Shown here: in pieces, positions 27,228-36,541 of the stretch
How positions within the stretch are numbered: position 1 is the first letter of the stretch
Layout: every line of letters begins with the position of its first letter
NCBI GenBank assembly: GCA_902591665.1
Contig: CACJBO010000001.1
Location: 199,085 to 263,084 of the forward strand
DNA length: 64,000 nt
Direction of reading: 5' to 3'
Origin: an uncultured SAR86 cluster bacterium
GTDB lineage: Bacteria > Pseudomonadota > Gammaproteobacteria > Magnimaribacterales > D2472
Translations under genes and position numbers: made by a program
The notes under the pieces: generated by a model
What the model saw: the letters and a program-made list of their open reading frames with translations, nothing else
What the model was told of the DNA's origin: nothing
Database searches by the model: none

Positions 27228-27788
27228 TTGCATAAAAAATCATTAAATCTTTTATCTTCGGCCAATCATTTGGCTGAAGGTAAGATTTTAATTCATCCTA
27301 CAGAAGGCATCTGGGGAATAGGTTGCAACGCACTTAACAAAAAAAGTTTTTTAAGAATATATGACCTTAAAAAAAGACCAAAAAATAAAAGTTTTATTTT
27401 ATTAATAGATTCCCTCCATACCGTCTCAAAATATATAAATCAACTATCAGTTGAGGAACTAAATTTTATTGATAGAGTGTGGCCTGGGCCAACGACACTG
27501 CTAATAGATTATAACGATAAATTGCCAGAACATTTACAAAACGTAAGTGGCAAAATAGCACTAAGAGTGAGTAATCACTATCCTATAAAATCTTTATTAA
27601 AAGCATTTAATGGAATAATGGTTTCTACATCAGCAAATATTTCTGGGCAAGATAACTTAAATAATATTGATGAAATTATGAAAGTTTTCAACGAGTCTGA
27701 CGTAGCTTATTTTGATGATAAACTAGGTGATAATAATAAACCTTCAAGAATAATTGACCTTCATACTAGAGCTGTAATTAGAGATTAA
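27228..27788 (+). CDS. tsaC: Threonylcarbamoyl-AMP synthase (YrdC/TsaC family)
   Basis: 186 aa with HPTEGIWGIGCNA and STSANISG motifs. TTG start directly abuts the purE stop. Confidence 0.8.
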   Translation: MHKKSLNLLSSANHLAEGKILIHPTEGIWGIGCNALNKKSFLRIYDLKKRPKNKSFILLIDSLHTVSKYINQLSVEELNFIDRVWPGPTTLLIDYNDKLPEHLQNVSGKIALRVSNHYPIKSLLKAFNGIMVSTSANISGQDNLNNIDEIMKVFNESDVAYFDDKLGDNNKPSRIIDLHTRAVIRD

Positions 27789-27789
27789 T

Positions 27790-28695
27790 ATGATTAAAAA
27801 TCTAGAAAAAATATTTACTGATTCTCAGGCAGAGATAATCAAATCATTTACTGATCTAGAAAAATCTAAAAATGCAATGATTGCATGTGATTCATGGAAA
27901 AGACCTGAGGGAGGTGGCGGCAAAACATTCATAATTCAAGGTGGTAATTTTTTTGATAATTGCGCAGTAAATTTTTCCTCCATTAAGGGAAAAAAACTTC
28001 CGAAAGCAGCTCTTGGAAACCTGATAACGAAATCTTCAAATTACGGATATCAGGCTATGGGCGTATCTGTTATATCACACCCAAAAAACCCCAATGTGCC
28101 AACCAGCCACATGAACATTAGATTGTTTTGTATTTTAGACAAAAAAAATAATATTAAAGATTGGTGGTCAGGTGGTGGTTATGATTTAACACCTTTTCTG
28201 CCCTATAAAAGTGATTGTAAAAAATGGCATAAAGATGCAAAAACTTTTTTGGACAGATATAACAAAACTCTCTATAAAAAATTCTCAAAAAATTGCAATG
28301 AATACTTTTATATACCTCACAGGAATGAAAGAAGGGGCATAGGAGGCATCTTTTTTGACAATTTTAAAAAATTAGGCCTTGAAAAGACTCTGTTACTTTT
28401 GTCTGATACTGCTAGCCAATATAAAAATTCATACACAACACTTGCGAACCTTAGGGGACAAAAAAAATATACCAAGTCACAAAAAGATTTTCAGTTGTTG
28501 AGAAGAGGAAGATATGCCGAGTTTAATCTTGTTTATGACAGGGGGACTGCATTTGGTCTTCAATCAAATGGAAGAATAGAGTCCATACTTGCATCATTGC
28601 CATGCGATGTTAAATGGTCTTATAAAAAGACAAAAGAGCACGAAGCTATGGAGAAAAGATTACTAAAATTTATAGATACGGATTGGAATGTCTAA
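27790..28695 (+). CDS. hemF: Oxygen-dependent coproporphyrinogen III oxidase
   Basis: 301 aa with the RRGRYAEFNLVYDRGTAFGLQSNGRIESILASLP block. Confidence 0.93.
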   Translation: MIKNLEKIFTDSQAEIIKSFTDLEKSKNAMIACDSWKRPEGGGGKTFIIQGGNFFDNCAVNFSSIKGKKLPKAALGNLITKSSNYGYQAMGVSVISHPKNPNVPTSHMNIRLFCILDKKNNIKDWWSGGGYDLTPFLPYKSDCKKWHKDAKTFLDRYNKTLYKKFSKNCNEYFYIPHRNERRGIGGIFFDNFKKLGLEKTLLLLSDTASQYKNSYTTLANLRGQKKYTKSQKDFQLLRRGRYAEFNLVYDRGTAFGLQSNGRIESILASLPCDVKWSYKKTKEHEAMEKRLLKFIDTDWNV

Positions 28696-29503
28696 GATAT
28701 TTAAATTAGGTGTTATTGGAAACCCCATTGAACATTCGTTGTCTCCTTTTATTCATTCAAGATTTGCTAGGAAGGAAGGACTTAATTTAGATTACAAAGC
28801 ATATAGAGTAGAGCAAGGGGATTTTAATGGTTTTATCTCCGAGTTTTTTTCAGATAAATATGCAAAAGGATTGAACGTTACCCTACCATTAAAAAATCTT
28901 GCTGCAACAAACATAAAAGGCAACATCAGCAATGAAGCAAAATTTATAAATGCAGTAAACACAGTAATAAAAAAAGATAAGCAATTTTTTCTGGAATCAA
29001 CTGATGGCTCAGGCTTTATTGATGACTTGCATAAAAAATCTATCAATCCCGAAGGAAAAAAAATATTGATTCTTGGAGCTGGCTCCGCTGTTGAAAGTAT
29101 TTTATATAAACTATACAACTCAAGACCTGAGCATATAACCATTATTAATAGAACGAAAGAAAAAGCAGAAATTTTATGTGCGAATTATAAAAATCCAGAA
29201 GTTGTTACAACTTCTATGAAAGACTCAAAGTATGATCTTGTTATTAATGGAAGTTCAGCGGGATTAACAGGTAAATTTTCTGCTCCATCTGACATATCAG
29301 TATCTCAATCAGCTGTTTTTTACGACTTAAACTATTCACTAGCAAAAACCCCTTTTTGTGAGTGGGCCGAAGAATACTCTAATCAAGTTTATGATGGTAT
29401 TGGAATGCTAGTGAATCAAGCAGCCCTATCATTCAATCACTGGTTTGGCACCATTCCTGAAACAAATTCAGTAATAAAAGACATTGAAGGCCTTTCAAAA
29501 TGA
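28688..29503 (+). CDS. aroE: Shikimate dehydrogenase
   Basis: 271 aa with GNPIEHSLSP and LGAGSA motifs. Confidence 0.9.
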   Translation: MSKIFKLGVIGNPIEHSLSPFIHSRFARKEGLNLDYKAYRVEQGDFNGFISEFFSDKYAKGLNVTLPLKNLAATNIKGNISNEAKFINAVNTVIKKDKQFFLESTDGSGFIDDLHKKSINPEGKKILILGAGSAVESILYKLYNSRPEHITIINRTKEKAEILCANYKNPEVVTTSMKDSKYDLVINGSSAGLTGKFSAPSDISVSQSAVFYDLNYSLAKTPFCEWAEEYSNQVYDGIGMLVNQAALSFNHWFGTIPETNSVIKDIEGLSK

Positions 29504-29700
29504 AAAAAATGGTCCAATTCATAGCTGGTGCTAAATGTCCCAAATGTGGCGCTAAAGACACCATAGCTATCAATGCAGACAATGATCTAATTTACTGTGT
29601 AAAGTGTGATTTTTCAGAAGAAAGACCCAAGGCAGCAGCTGAGAAAAATGAGCTTATAAACGTCATAAATATGCAAGACTATAAAGCTTCTAAAAGCTAG
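29500..29700 (+). CDS. yheV: YheV-family zinc-ribbon protein
   Basis: 66 aa. FIAGAKCPKCGAKDTIA...CVKCDF parallels E. coli YheV FIAGAKCPACQAQDAMA...CVKCGH. ATGA overlap with aroE. Confidence 0.7.
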   Translation: MKKMVQFIAGAKCPKCGAKDTIAINADNDLIYCVKCDFSEERPKAAAEKNELINVINMQDYKASKS

Positions 29701-29753
29701 TAAAAAAATGCACAAAAAGATATCATATGCACCGAAAAAGTACGTACATAATT

Positions 29754-29782
29754 TTGTTTTAATTATAGATATACCTTATAAT
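29754..29782 (+). promoter_or_regulatory. Candidate sigma70 promoter of the cox operon (TTGTTT-N17-TATAAT)
   Basis: TTGTTT at 29754-29759, a 17-nt spacer, TATAAT at 29777-29782, 50 nt upstream of the coxB ATG. Confidence 0.3.
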
Positions 29783-29832
29783 TGCATATAACCAAATTTT
29801 ATTTTGTAAAGCACACACATAGGATAAAAAAG

Positions 29833-30978
29833 ATGTCTTTGAAATATTTTCATAATCTTCATTTAATGATTTTTTCAGCATTGTTTGTTTTCGCATCTCC
29901 AATGCATGCAGACTGGTTCGCCTTGAATATGACAAGAGGCGTAACTGACATTAGTAACGAGGTATTTGAACTGCATATGCTTATCTTTTGGATATGCGTA
30001 GTAATTGGCGTAGTTGTATTTAGCGTTATGTTCTATTCCATGTATGCACATACAAAGAAAAAAAATCCAGTAGCAGCTTCTTTCCATGAAAATCATAAGC
30101 TTGAAATAGCATGGACCATAGTTCCATTTTTAATTCTTATTGCCATGGCTGTTCCTGCCTCAAAGACCTTAGTAAAAATTTACGATGATGAAGCTGGAGA
30201 TGTAAACATACAGGTTACTGGTTACCAGTGGAAATGGCAGTACAACTATCTTGAAGATGATATCAGCTTCTTTTCAAATCTCTCGACTGATATGGATGAG
30301 ATTAACAATCTTGTTCCTAAAGGAGAGCACTACCTTCAAGAGGTAGACGAGATGGTCGTAATACCTGCTGGCAAAAAAGTAAGATTCTTGATTACGGCAA
30401 ATGACGTAATTCATTCGTGGTGGATGCCAGCTTTTGCAATTAAACAAGACGCAATACCAGGTTTTGTGAATACTGCTTGGACTAAAGTCGACAAGCCAGG
30501 TGTATATCGAGGCAAGTGTACTGAGCTATGCGGCAAGAATCATGGATTTATGCCTATTGTTGTAAAGGTGGTTGAACAAGAAGAGTACAACCAATGGGTA
30601 GACGAAAAAAAACAAGCAGCTATTAAAATGGCAGAGCTCACTACGAAAGATTGGACAGCGCAAGAATTAGTTGAAAGAGGTGAAAGCGTATATGCAGTTA
30701 ACTGTGTTGCATGCCACCAAACTAACGGACAAGGTATTCCAGGAATATTTCCTGCGTTGGCTGGTAGCGATATTGTTATGAACCAAAAAGATAAAAATAT
30801 TGAGATATTGATGGAAGGTGTTCAAGGAGCTGCAATGAATTCGTTTAGCTATTTATCTGAAGTAGAGTTGGCAGCTGTAATTACATATACCCGTCAGTCA
30901 TGGGGAAATGCTGAAAACGGAGATGGCGAAATAGTAGTTCCCAAAGACATCGTAGATTATAAAAAACCAAAGATTTAA
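29833..30978 (+). CDS. coxB: Cytochrome c oxidase subunit II with a fused C-terminal cytochrome c domain
   Basis: CuA site HSWWMPAF...CTELCGKNHGFM and a C-terminal CVACH heme site. I prefer the ATG at 29833 (MSLKYF..., signal-like) over the ORF-track TTG at 29782. Confidence 0.93.
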   Translation: MSLKYFHNLHLMIFSALFVFASPMHADWFALNMTRGVTDISNEVFELHMLIFWICVVIGVVVFSVMFYSMYAHTKKKNPVAASFHENHKLEIAWTIVPFLILIAMAVPASKTLVKIYDDEAGDVNIQVTGYQWKWQYNYLEDDISFFSNLSTDMDEINNLVPKGEHYLQEVDEMVVIPAGKKVRFLITANDVIHSWWMPAFAIKQDAIPGFVNTAWTKVDKPGVYRGKCTELCGKNHGFMPIVVKVVEQEEYNQWVDEKKQAAIKMAELTTKDWTAQELVERGESVYAVNCVACHQTNGQGIPGIFPALAGSDIVMNQKDKNIEILMEGVQGAAMNSFSYLSEVELAAVITYTRQSWGNAENGDGEIVVPKDIVDYKKPKI

Positions 30979-30999
30979 TATTAAAGAGAGTAAGTAAAT

Positions 31000-32583
31000 A
31001 TGAGCGCAGTAATAGAAAATCATCACGACGATCATCATCATGGTCCGGCAAAGGGCTTGACCAGATGGTTATACACAACTAACCATAAAGATATAGGTAC
31101 TTTATATCTATGGTTTAGTTTTGCTATGTTCCTAATTGGTGGGGCAATGGCATTGGTTATAAGAGCTGAATTGTTTCAGCCGGGCATGCAAATAGTTGAA
31201 CCAGAATTTTATAATCAAATGATCACACTGCATGGGTTGATAATGATTTTTGGCGGTGTCATGCCAGCTTTTGTCGGCTTAGCAAACTGGCTAGTTCCAA
31301 TGATGATTGGTGCCCCAGATATGGCTTTGCCAAGAATGAATAATTTAAGTTTTTGGATATTGCCTTTTGCTTTCTTTATTTTATTATCATCTTTGTTTAT
31401 GGAGGGTGGAGCACCTAACTTCGGTTGGACATTCTATGCACCTTTATCAACAACGTATGCACCTCCTAGTGTTACTTTCTTTATTTTCTCAGTTCATATA
31501 ATGGGAGCCTCATCAATTATGGGAGCTATTAATGTAGTAGTAACTATTATGAACATGAGAGCTCCAGGCGTTACGTTAATGAAAATGCCTTTGTTTGTAT
31601 GGTCTTGGCTCATAACAGCCTATTTATTAATAGCCGTTATGCCAGTACTTGCTGGCGCAGTTACCATGATGTTAATGGATATACATTTTGGAACCAGTTT
31701 CTTTAATGCAGCAGGTGGTGGTGATCCTGTTTTATTTCAGCACATCTTCTGGTTCTTTGGTCACCCAGAGGTTTACATTATGATTCTGCCCGCCTTTGGA
31801 ATTGTTTCTCATATTATTGAAACTTTTTCTAGGAAGCAGCTCTTTGGATATTCATCTATGGTTTGGGCGATGCTCTCGATTGCAATATTATCTTTTGTTG
31901 TTTGGGCTCATCACATGTTTACTGTTGGTTTGCCTCTCGCAGCGGAGTTATTTTTTATGTGGGCAACAATGTTAATTGCTGTTCCAACGGGAGTTAAAGT
32001 TTTTAACTGGGTTGCAACGATGTTTAAAGGATCTCTTACATTTGAAACCCCAATGCTTTTTGCAATTGCATTTGTTGTTTTATTTACTATTGGTGGTTTA
32101 TCAGGTCTGATGCTTGCCATAGTGCCGGCTGATTTCCAATATCACGATACATATTTTGTTGTAGCTCACTTCCACTATGTATTAGTTCCTGGAGCTATTT
32201 TCTCTATAATGGCAGCTGTCTATTACTGGATACCAAAATGGTCTGGAAATATGTACGATGAAAGATTGGGTAAACTTCATTTCTGGCTATCTTTTATTGG
32301 CGTTAATGTTACCTTCTTCCCTCAGCACTTTATTGGGCTTGCAGGTATGCCTAGAAGATATCCAGATTACGCATTGCAATTTGCAGACTGGAATATGGTT
32401 TCTTCTGTTGGAGCTTTCTTGTTTGGTGTTTCTCAAATTTTATTCTTATTTATAGTTGTTAAGACTGTGATGGGTGGTAAAAAAGCAACTGATCAAGTTT
32501 GGGAAGGTGCAAGAGGTCTTGAGTGGACCGTTGCCTCACCTGCTCCTTATCATACATTTACAACACCGCCAAAAGTTGATTAA
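31000..32583 (+). CDS. coxA: Cytochrome c oxidase subunit I
   Basis: 527 aa with TTNHKDIGTLY and WFFGHPEVYI motifs. Confidence 0.97.
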   Translation: MSAVIENHHDDHHHGPAKGLTRWLYTTNHKDIGTLYLWFSFAMFLIGGAMALVIRAELFQPGMQIVEPEFYNQMITLHGLIMIFGGVMPAFVGLANWLVPMMIGAPDMALPRMNNLSFWILPFAFFILLSSLFMEGGAPNFGWTFYAPLSTTYAPPSVTFFIFSVHIMGASSIMGAINVVVTIMNMRAPGVTLMKMPLFVWSWLITAYLLIAVMPVLAGAVTMMLMDIHFGTSFFNAAGGGDPVLFQHIFWFFGHPEVYIMILPAFGIVSHIIETFSRKQLFGYSSMVWAMLSIAILSFVVWAHHMFTVGLPLAAELFFMWATMLIAVPTGVKVFNWVATMFKGSLTFETPMLFAIAFVVLFTIGGLSGLMLAIVPADFQYHDTYFVVAHFHYVLVPGAIFSIMAAVYYWIPKWSGNMYDERLGKLHFWLSFIGVNVTFFPQHFIGLAGMPRRYPDYALQFADWNMVSSVGAFLFGVSQILFLFIVVKTVMGGKKATDQVWEGARGLEWTVASPAPYHTFTTPPKVD

Positions 32584-33155
32584 TGAATCCTGAAGCCAAA
32601 AAAACATTAAGACGACTGCTAATAGCTGTTCCGCTTATGTTTGCTTTTGCTTTTGCTTTAGTGCCTCTATACAACGTTTTTTGTGAGGTTACTGGCATTA
32701 ATGGAAAGGTCTTTCAATCAGATAACGTAGAAAAGCTGGCCATTGAAGATGGCAGACCGTTAGGACTTCAGTTCATATCTACTAATAATGAAAATATGCC
32801 ATGGACATTTAGACCCTCTGAAGATGTTATGACTATTTCTACTGGTAAATACTATACAGCTACTTTTTATGTAAAAAACACTACAAATAAGACAATGACT
32901 GCTCAAGCAGTGCCAAGTGTTGCACCTTCAAACGCTGCAGCACACCTTAAGAAATTAGAGTGTTTCTGCTTTGAACAACAAGAGCTGAAGCCTGGTGAAG
33001 ACGCATTACTTCCTGTTAGATTGCTGGTCTCAGATGAGCTTCCTGAAAATATTGAAAACATAATTTTATCTTATACAATTTTTGATGTTACTGAGTATGA
33101 TGATGAGGCAGTTGCCCAGCACATGCACGAAGAACATCACGAAATGGAGCACTAA
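32583..33155 (+). CDS. ctaG: Cytochrome c oxidase assembly protein CtaG/Cox11
   Basis: 190 aa with an N-terminal TM helix and the CFCF copper motif. Confidence 0.9.
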   Translation: MNPEAKKTLRRLLIAVPLMFAFAFALVPLYNVFCEVTGINGKVFQSDNVEKLAIEDGRPLGLQFISTNNENMPWTFRPSEDVMTISTGKYYTATFYVKNTTNKTMTAQAVPSVAPSNAAAHLKKLECFCFEQQELKPGEDALLPVRLLVSDELPENIENIILSYTIFDVTEYDDEAVAQHMHEEHHEMEH

Positions 33156-33157
33156 AA

Positions 33158-34072
33158 ATGAGCACACAAACTTATTACGTACCTGAGCAAAGTAGATTTC
33201 CGATTTTCATGGCGTTATCTTTATTTTTATTGGTAATGGGTGCTAGCAGCACAATTAACAATCTTGATAATCCAGAAAGCAACTCAGCTTATATTTTATA
33301 TGCAGGATTTATTTCACTATTTACGACATTATTTTTTTGGTTTAGACAGGTTATTAAAGAGCACCTAGCTGGCTTAGATAGCAATCAATTAAAAACATCA
33401 TATGTTTATGGCATGGCTTGGTTTATTTTTTCAGAGGTTATGTTTTTTGCTGCCTTTTTTGGAGCTTTGTTTTACGTAAGAAGCTTTGCAGTCCCATGGT
33501 TAAGTGGCGAAGGTGAAAATGGAGTTGGTATTTCTGCAATTGGTTTGTGGGAAGGCTTTGAATCCTCATGGCCTGTTATGACAACTCCAGATAAGGGTGC
33601 CGAATATGCATTAGCAGAAAAAAGTATGGCTTGGCCTGGCTGGGGACATGCATTAGAGTGGCTGCCACTATGGAATACAATTGTTTTGTTAAGTTCAAGT
33701 GTAACCGTTCATTTTGCTCATATTGGTCTTAAAAACGGAGATAGAAAAAAGTTTAATCGTTTTTTAGGTATAACAGTTGGCTTAGCTTTAATTTTTGTTG
33801 GTCTTCAAGCTGCAGAGTACTATGAAGCTTATGCACATTACGGTCTTACATTAAACTCAGGCATTTATGGCTCAACATTTTTTATGCTTACAGGCTTCCA
33901 TGGCTTCCACGTAATGATGGGAGGCTTCATGCTTGCAGTTATGTTAGCTAGATCAGTTTTCGCTGGACACTTTGAAGATCACGATCATTTTGGATTTGAA
34001 GCAGCCTCATGGTATTGGCATTTTGTTGATGTGGTTTGGGTAATGTTGTTTTTATTTGTTTATATACTGTAA
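33158..34072 (+). CDS. coxC: Cytochrome c oxidase subunit III
   Basis: 304 aa 7-TM protein with the TGFHGFHVMMG and ASWYWHFVDVVW blocks. Confidence 0.93.
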   Translation: MSTQTYYVPEQSRFPIFMALSLFLLVMGASSTINNLDNPESNSAYILYAGFISLFTTLFFWFRQVIKEHLAGLDSNQLKTSYVYGMAWFIFSEVMFFAAFFGALFYVRSFAVPWLSGEGENGVGISAIGLWEGFESSWPVMTTPDKGAEYALAEKSMAWPGWGHALEWLPLWNTIVLLSSSVTVHFAHIGLKNGDRKKFNRFLGITVGLALIFVGLQAAEYYEAYAHYGLTLNSGIYGSTFFMLTGFHGFHVMMGGFMLAVMLARSVFAGHFEDHDHFGFEAASWYWHFVDVVWVMLFLFVYIL

Positions 34073-34075
34073 TAA

Positions 34076-34294
34076 TTAAGACTCATCCCAAGGAACTGTG
34101 TTGCCTAATTCACCAGTTATTAAACCTATAGTTACAAGAATTACTAAAATGACAGCTAGCGTGACCCTAAAACCCAAGCTATAGACAGTTCTTTTACTAT
34201 CTGGCTTGCCTTGGTCGACGATTAAAAAGTAAAGACCACTACCAAGTGATACCATTATCAAGAAGACATCTATATAAATCAGGGTTTTAATCAT
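34076..34294 (-). CDS. Small twin-transmembrane-helix protein (DUF2909-like)
   Basis: 72 aa with two TM helices joined by DQGKPDSKRTVYSLGFRV, resembling the small twin-TM proteins I recall in gammaproteobacterial cox clusters. Confidence 0.6.
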   Translation of the reverse strand: MIKTLIYIDVFLIMVSLGSGLYFLIVDQGKPDSKRTVYSLGFRVTLAVILVILVTIGLITGELGNTVPWDES

Positions 34295-34327
34295 GGTGCC
34301 ATTTTAAAGCAATTATGAATTTAATAT

Positions 34328-35029
34328 ATGAATTTTAAAAAATTTAATCCAGGAAAAAAAATAACTGTCTTTTTTATTTTTTTTGCTACAACCTTTTTTC
34401 TTCTTGGCCTATGGCAGGTTGATAGAGGCCATGAAAAATCAAATATAATTGAACAGTTTAATAATAATATTACAAAGACTCCCAAATCATTCTCAGAAGA
34501 ATCTTCTAAATGGGATAGAGTCACAGTCAATGGAATCTGGGACGGGTCTAAGCAGGTCCTTGTTGATAATGTTATAAATTCTGGAATTGCTGGATATAAG
34601 GTTTTAACACCTTTACAGATCAGTGAAACAGAAATCTTTATATTGGTTGATCGTGGCTGGATTTCTCAAGGTAAATCTAGAGATACCTTGCCTAGAATTG
34701 ATATCAAAGATGAATATGTTGAAGTGGATGGAATTCTTGAAGATCCAGAGCTTGGCTTTGTATTGTCAGAAGATTTAGTTACTGATAATTGGCCCAAGGT
34801 TTCACAGACAAAAAACATTGATGTTTTGAGAAAAGAGTTTGACGAGCAATTGTCTTCATATATTTTAGTTGCAGACCCTACATTAAAAAGTAGTCTTGCT
34901 TATATGAAAATTGTTCCAAGCAATATGACGGCTGAAAAACATTTTGGATATGCCGTTCAGTGGTTCACAATGTTTGTCGCATTATGTTTAATGTATATAT
35001 GGATAGGATTTAAAAAAAATGAAGAATAA
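34328..35029 (+). CDS. SURF1-family cytochrome oxidase assembly protein
   Basis: 233 aa with N- and C-terminal TM helices, RGW and HFGYAVQWF motifs. Confidence 0.85.
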   Translation: MNFKKFNPGKKITVFFIFFATTFFLLGLWQVDRGHEKSNIIEQFNNNITKTPKSFSEESSKWDRVTVNGIWDGSKQVLVDNVINSGIAGYKVLTPLQISETEIFILVDRGWISQGKSRDTLPRIDIKDEYVEVDGILEDPELGFVLSEDLVTDNWPKVSQTKNIDVLRKEFDEQLSSYILVADPTLKSSLAYMKIVPSNMTAEKHFGYAVQWFTMFVALCLMYIWIGFKKNEE

Positions 35030-35567
35030 GATATTTTTAGCAATTCTTTTATTAACGCCAATTTTGGTAGTTACTTTATCGTCTCTTTATTTTGTTTTGG
35101 GGTATTCTCCTGAAGGAACAAAAAACAATGGCGTATTTTTTAAAAGTTATTTTAATTTTGATCAGTTTAACAATGTAAAAAATGAGAAGCTTATTGAATT
35201 TGAAGATGGTAAGTGGGTTATGGGGGTATACATAACTGATATATTAAAGTCAAAAGAGTCACTTTATTTAATGAGACAGTTAAATGTCGCACTTAATAGA
35301 GATATATATAAGGTTAAGCGTGTTGCTTTCTTTTCAAACATGCAACTAAAGACTGAAATAGATGGTTTAATCCAAGAATACCCACGAACTGAATTGGTTA
35401 ATGATAAAAATGGCGTATTAATTAATGTGCTTCAAAAAAATTCAACCCTGGATATTTTTCAAGAAAACCCTATTTTTATAATTGATCCTTATGGTAGGGC
35501 TGTAATGTATTTTAATCCCGGAACCGACCCAAAGAAAATTCTTAAAGACTTAAAGGTACTAATCTAA
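35019..35567 (+). CDS. Membrane-anchored hypothetical protein of the cox cluster
   Basis: 182 aa with an N-terminal TM helix. The C-terminal IIDPYGRAVMYF...LKDLKVLI resembles a thioredoxin/SCO-type tail, but there is no Cys pair. Overlapping coupling with surf1 and ctaA. Confidence 0.6.
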   Translation: MKNKIFLAILLLTPILVVTLSSLYFVLGYSPEGTKNNGVFFKSYFNFDQFNNVKNEKLIEFEDGKWVMGVYITDILKSKESLYLMRQLNVALNRDIYKVKRVAFFSNMQLKTEIDGLIQEYPRTELVNDKNGVLINVLQKNSTLDIFQENPIFIIDPYGRAVMYFNPGTDPKKILKDLKVLI

Positions 35568-36541
35568 TGAATAATATTAAAAATTTATCACTTTTTGGAA
35601 TATGCTTAGCCTTTGTGGTTATTGCATTAGGGGCTTGGACTAGGCTTGTAGATGCAGGCCTTGGCTGTCCAGATTGGCCTGGATGTTACGGCTTTGTTGT
35701 TTTTCCAACTAATGAGGCTGAGATAGCTTTGGCTGAGGCTAGATATCCAACATTTCCATATGATATAAACAAAGCAATCCCTGAAGTTGTGCATAGATAC
35801 TTCGCAGCTGCTCTAGGCTTTTTAGCAATTATCATGGTTTATTATTCTTTTAAGCAAAATGAGAATAAAAATATTAGACATTGGACAATAGGCTTGTTAA
35901 TTTTTATCTGTTGCCAGGGTCTTTTTGGTTATTTAACTGTTAGCTTATTGTTGTTACCTATAATAGTTACTGCCCACCTTTTTGGCGGTTTTACAACTTT
36001 AACTTTATTTTTTCTTATTTTTTTAATGTCCGGTAAATTTGATATTTTAGAGAAAATGGCAATTCCAAAGTTAAAGACTATTGCTGGAATAGCCCTCGCG
36101 GTTTTGCTTTTTCAGATTTTTTTAGGAGTTTGGACAAGCACAAATTATGCCTCTTTGGCCTGTGCAGATTTTCCAACTTGTCAGGGAACTTATATGCCAG
36201 AAATGGACTTCAAAAATGGGTTTAATCTTAATCAAGAGGTTGGCCCAAACTACTTATATGGACTATTAGATAATCCTTCTAGAGTAGCAATTCATTATTC
36301 ACACAGAGTCTCCGCGATTTTAGTTGCCGTGGTTTTTTTAATTCTTATTTCAAAACTTTGGTTTTCCAACGCTGCTCCACTTGCATCAACAATTGGAATT
36401 CTTCTATTAACCCAGATTAGCTTGGGCATAATCAATGTTGTATATGTATTGCCTTTATACGTAGCAATAGCACACAATCTAGTTGCAGCCCTTTTGTTAT
36501 TAGCTATTTTTACAGTTAATTATTTAGCTTGGAAAAAATGA
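35567..36541 (+). CDS. ctaA: Heme A synthase (COX15/CtaA)
   Basis: 324 aa polytopic protein with the RLVDAGLGCPDWPGCYG motif. Confidence 0.85.
   Translation: MNNIKNLSLFGICLAFVVIALGAWTRLVDAGLGCPDWPGCYGFVVFPTNEAEIALAEARYPTFPYDINKAIPEVVHRYFAAALGFLAIIMVYYSFKQNENKNIRHWTIGLLIFICCQGLFGYLTVSLLLLPIIVTAHLFGGFTTLTLFFLIFLMSGKFDILEKMAIPKLKTIAGIALAVLLFQIFLGVWTSTNYASLACADFPTCQGTYMPEMDFKNGFNLNQEVGPNYLYGLLDNPSRVAIHYSHRVSAILVAVVFLILISKLWFSNAAPLASTIGILLLTQISLGIINVVYVLPLYVAIAHNLVAALLLLAIFTVNYLAWKK

Noticed and set aside
29782-29832. N-terminal extensions proposed by the ORF track: coxB from TTG 29782, atpE from 4649, cytochrome c4 from 49109, cytochrome c from 50396 and dapF from 54130.
   Set aside because: In each case an internal ATG preceded by a Shine-Dalgarno-like sequence gives a protein that starts at the conserved N-terminus or signal peptide. 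The extension would overlap the upstream gene or add non-homologous residues.
33905-33912. TTCCACGT inside coxC as a second parS site. GGTTCCACAAAG at about 22030 was considered for the same reason.
   Set aside because: Only one half-site matches and the other half is unrelated, so there is no palindrome.
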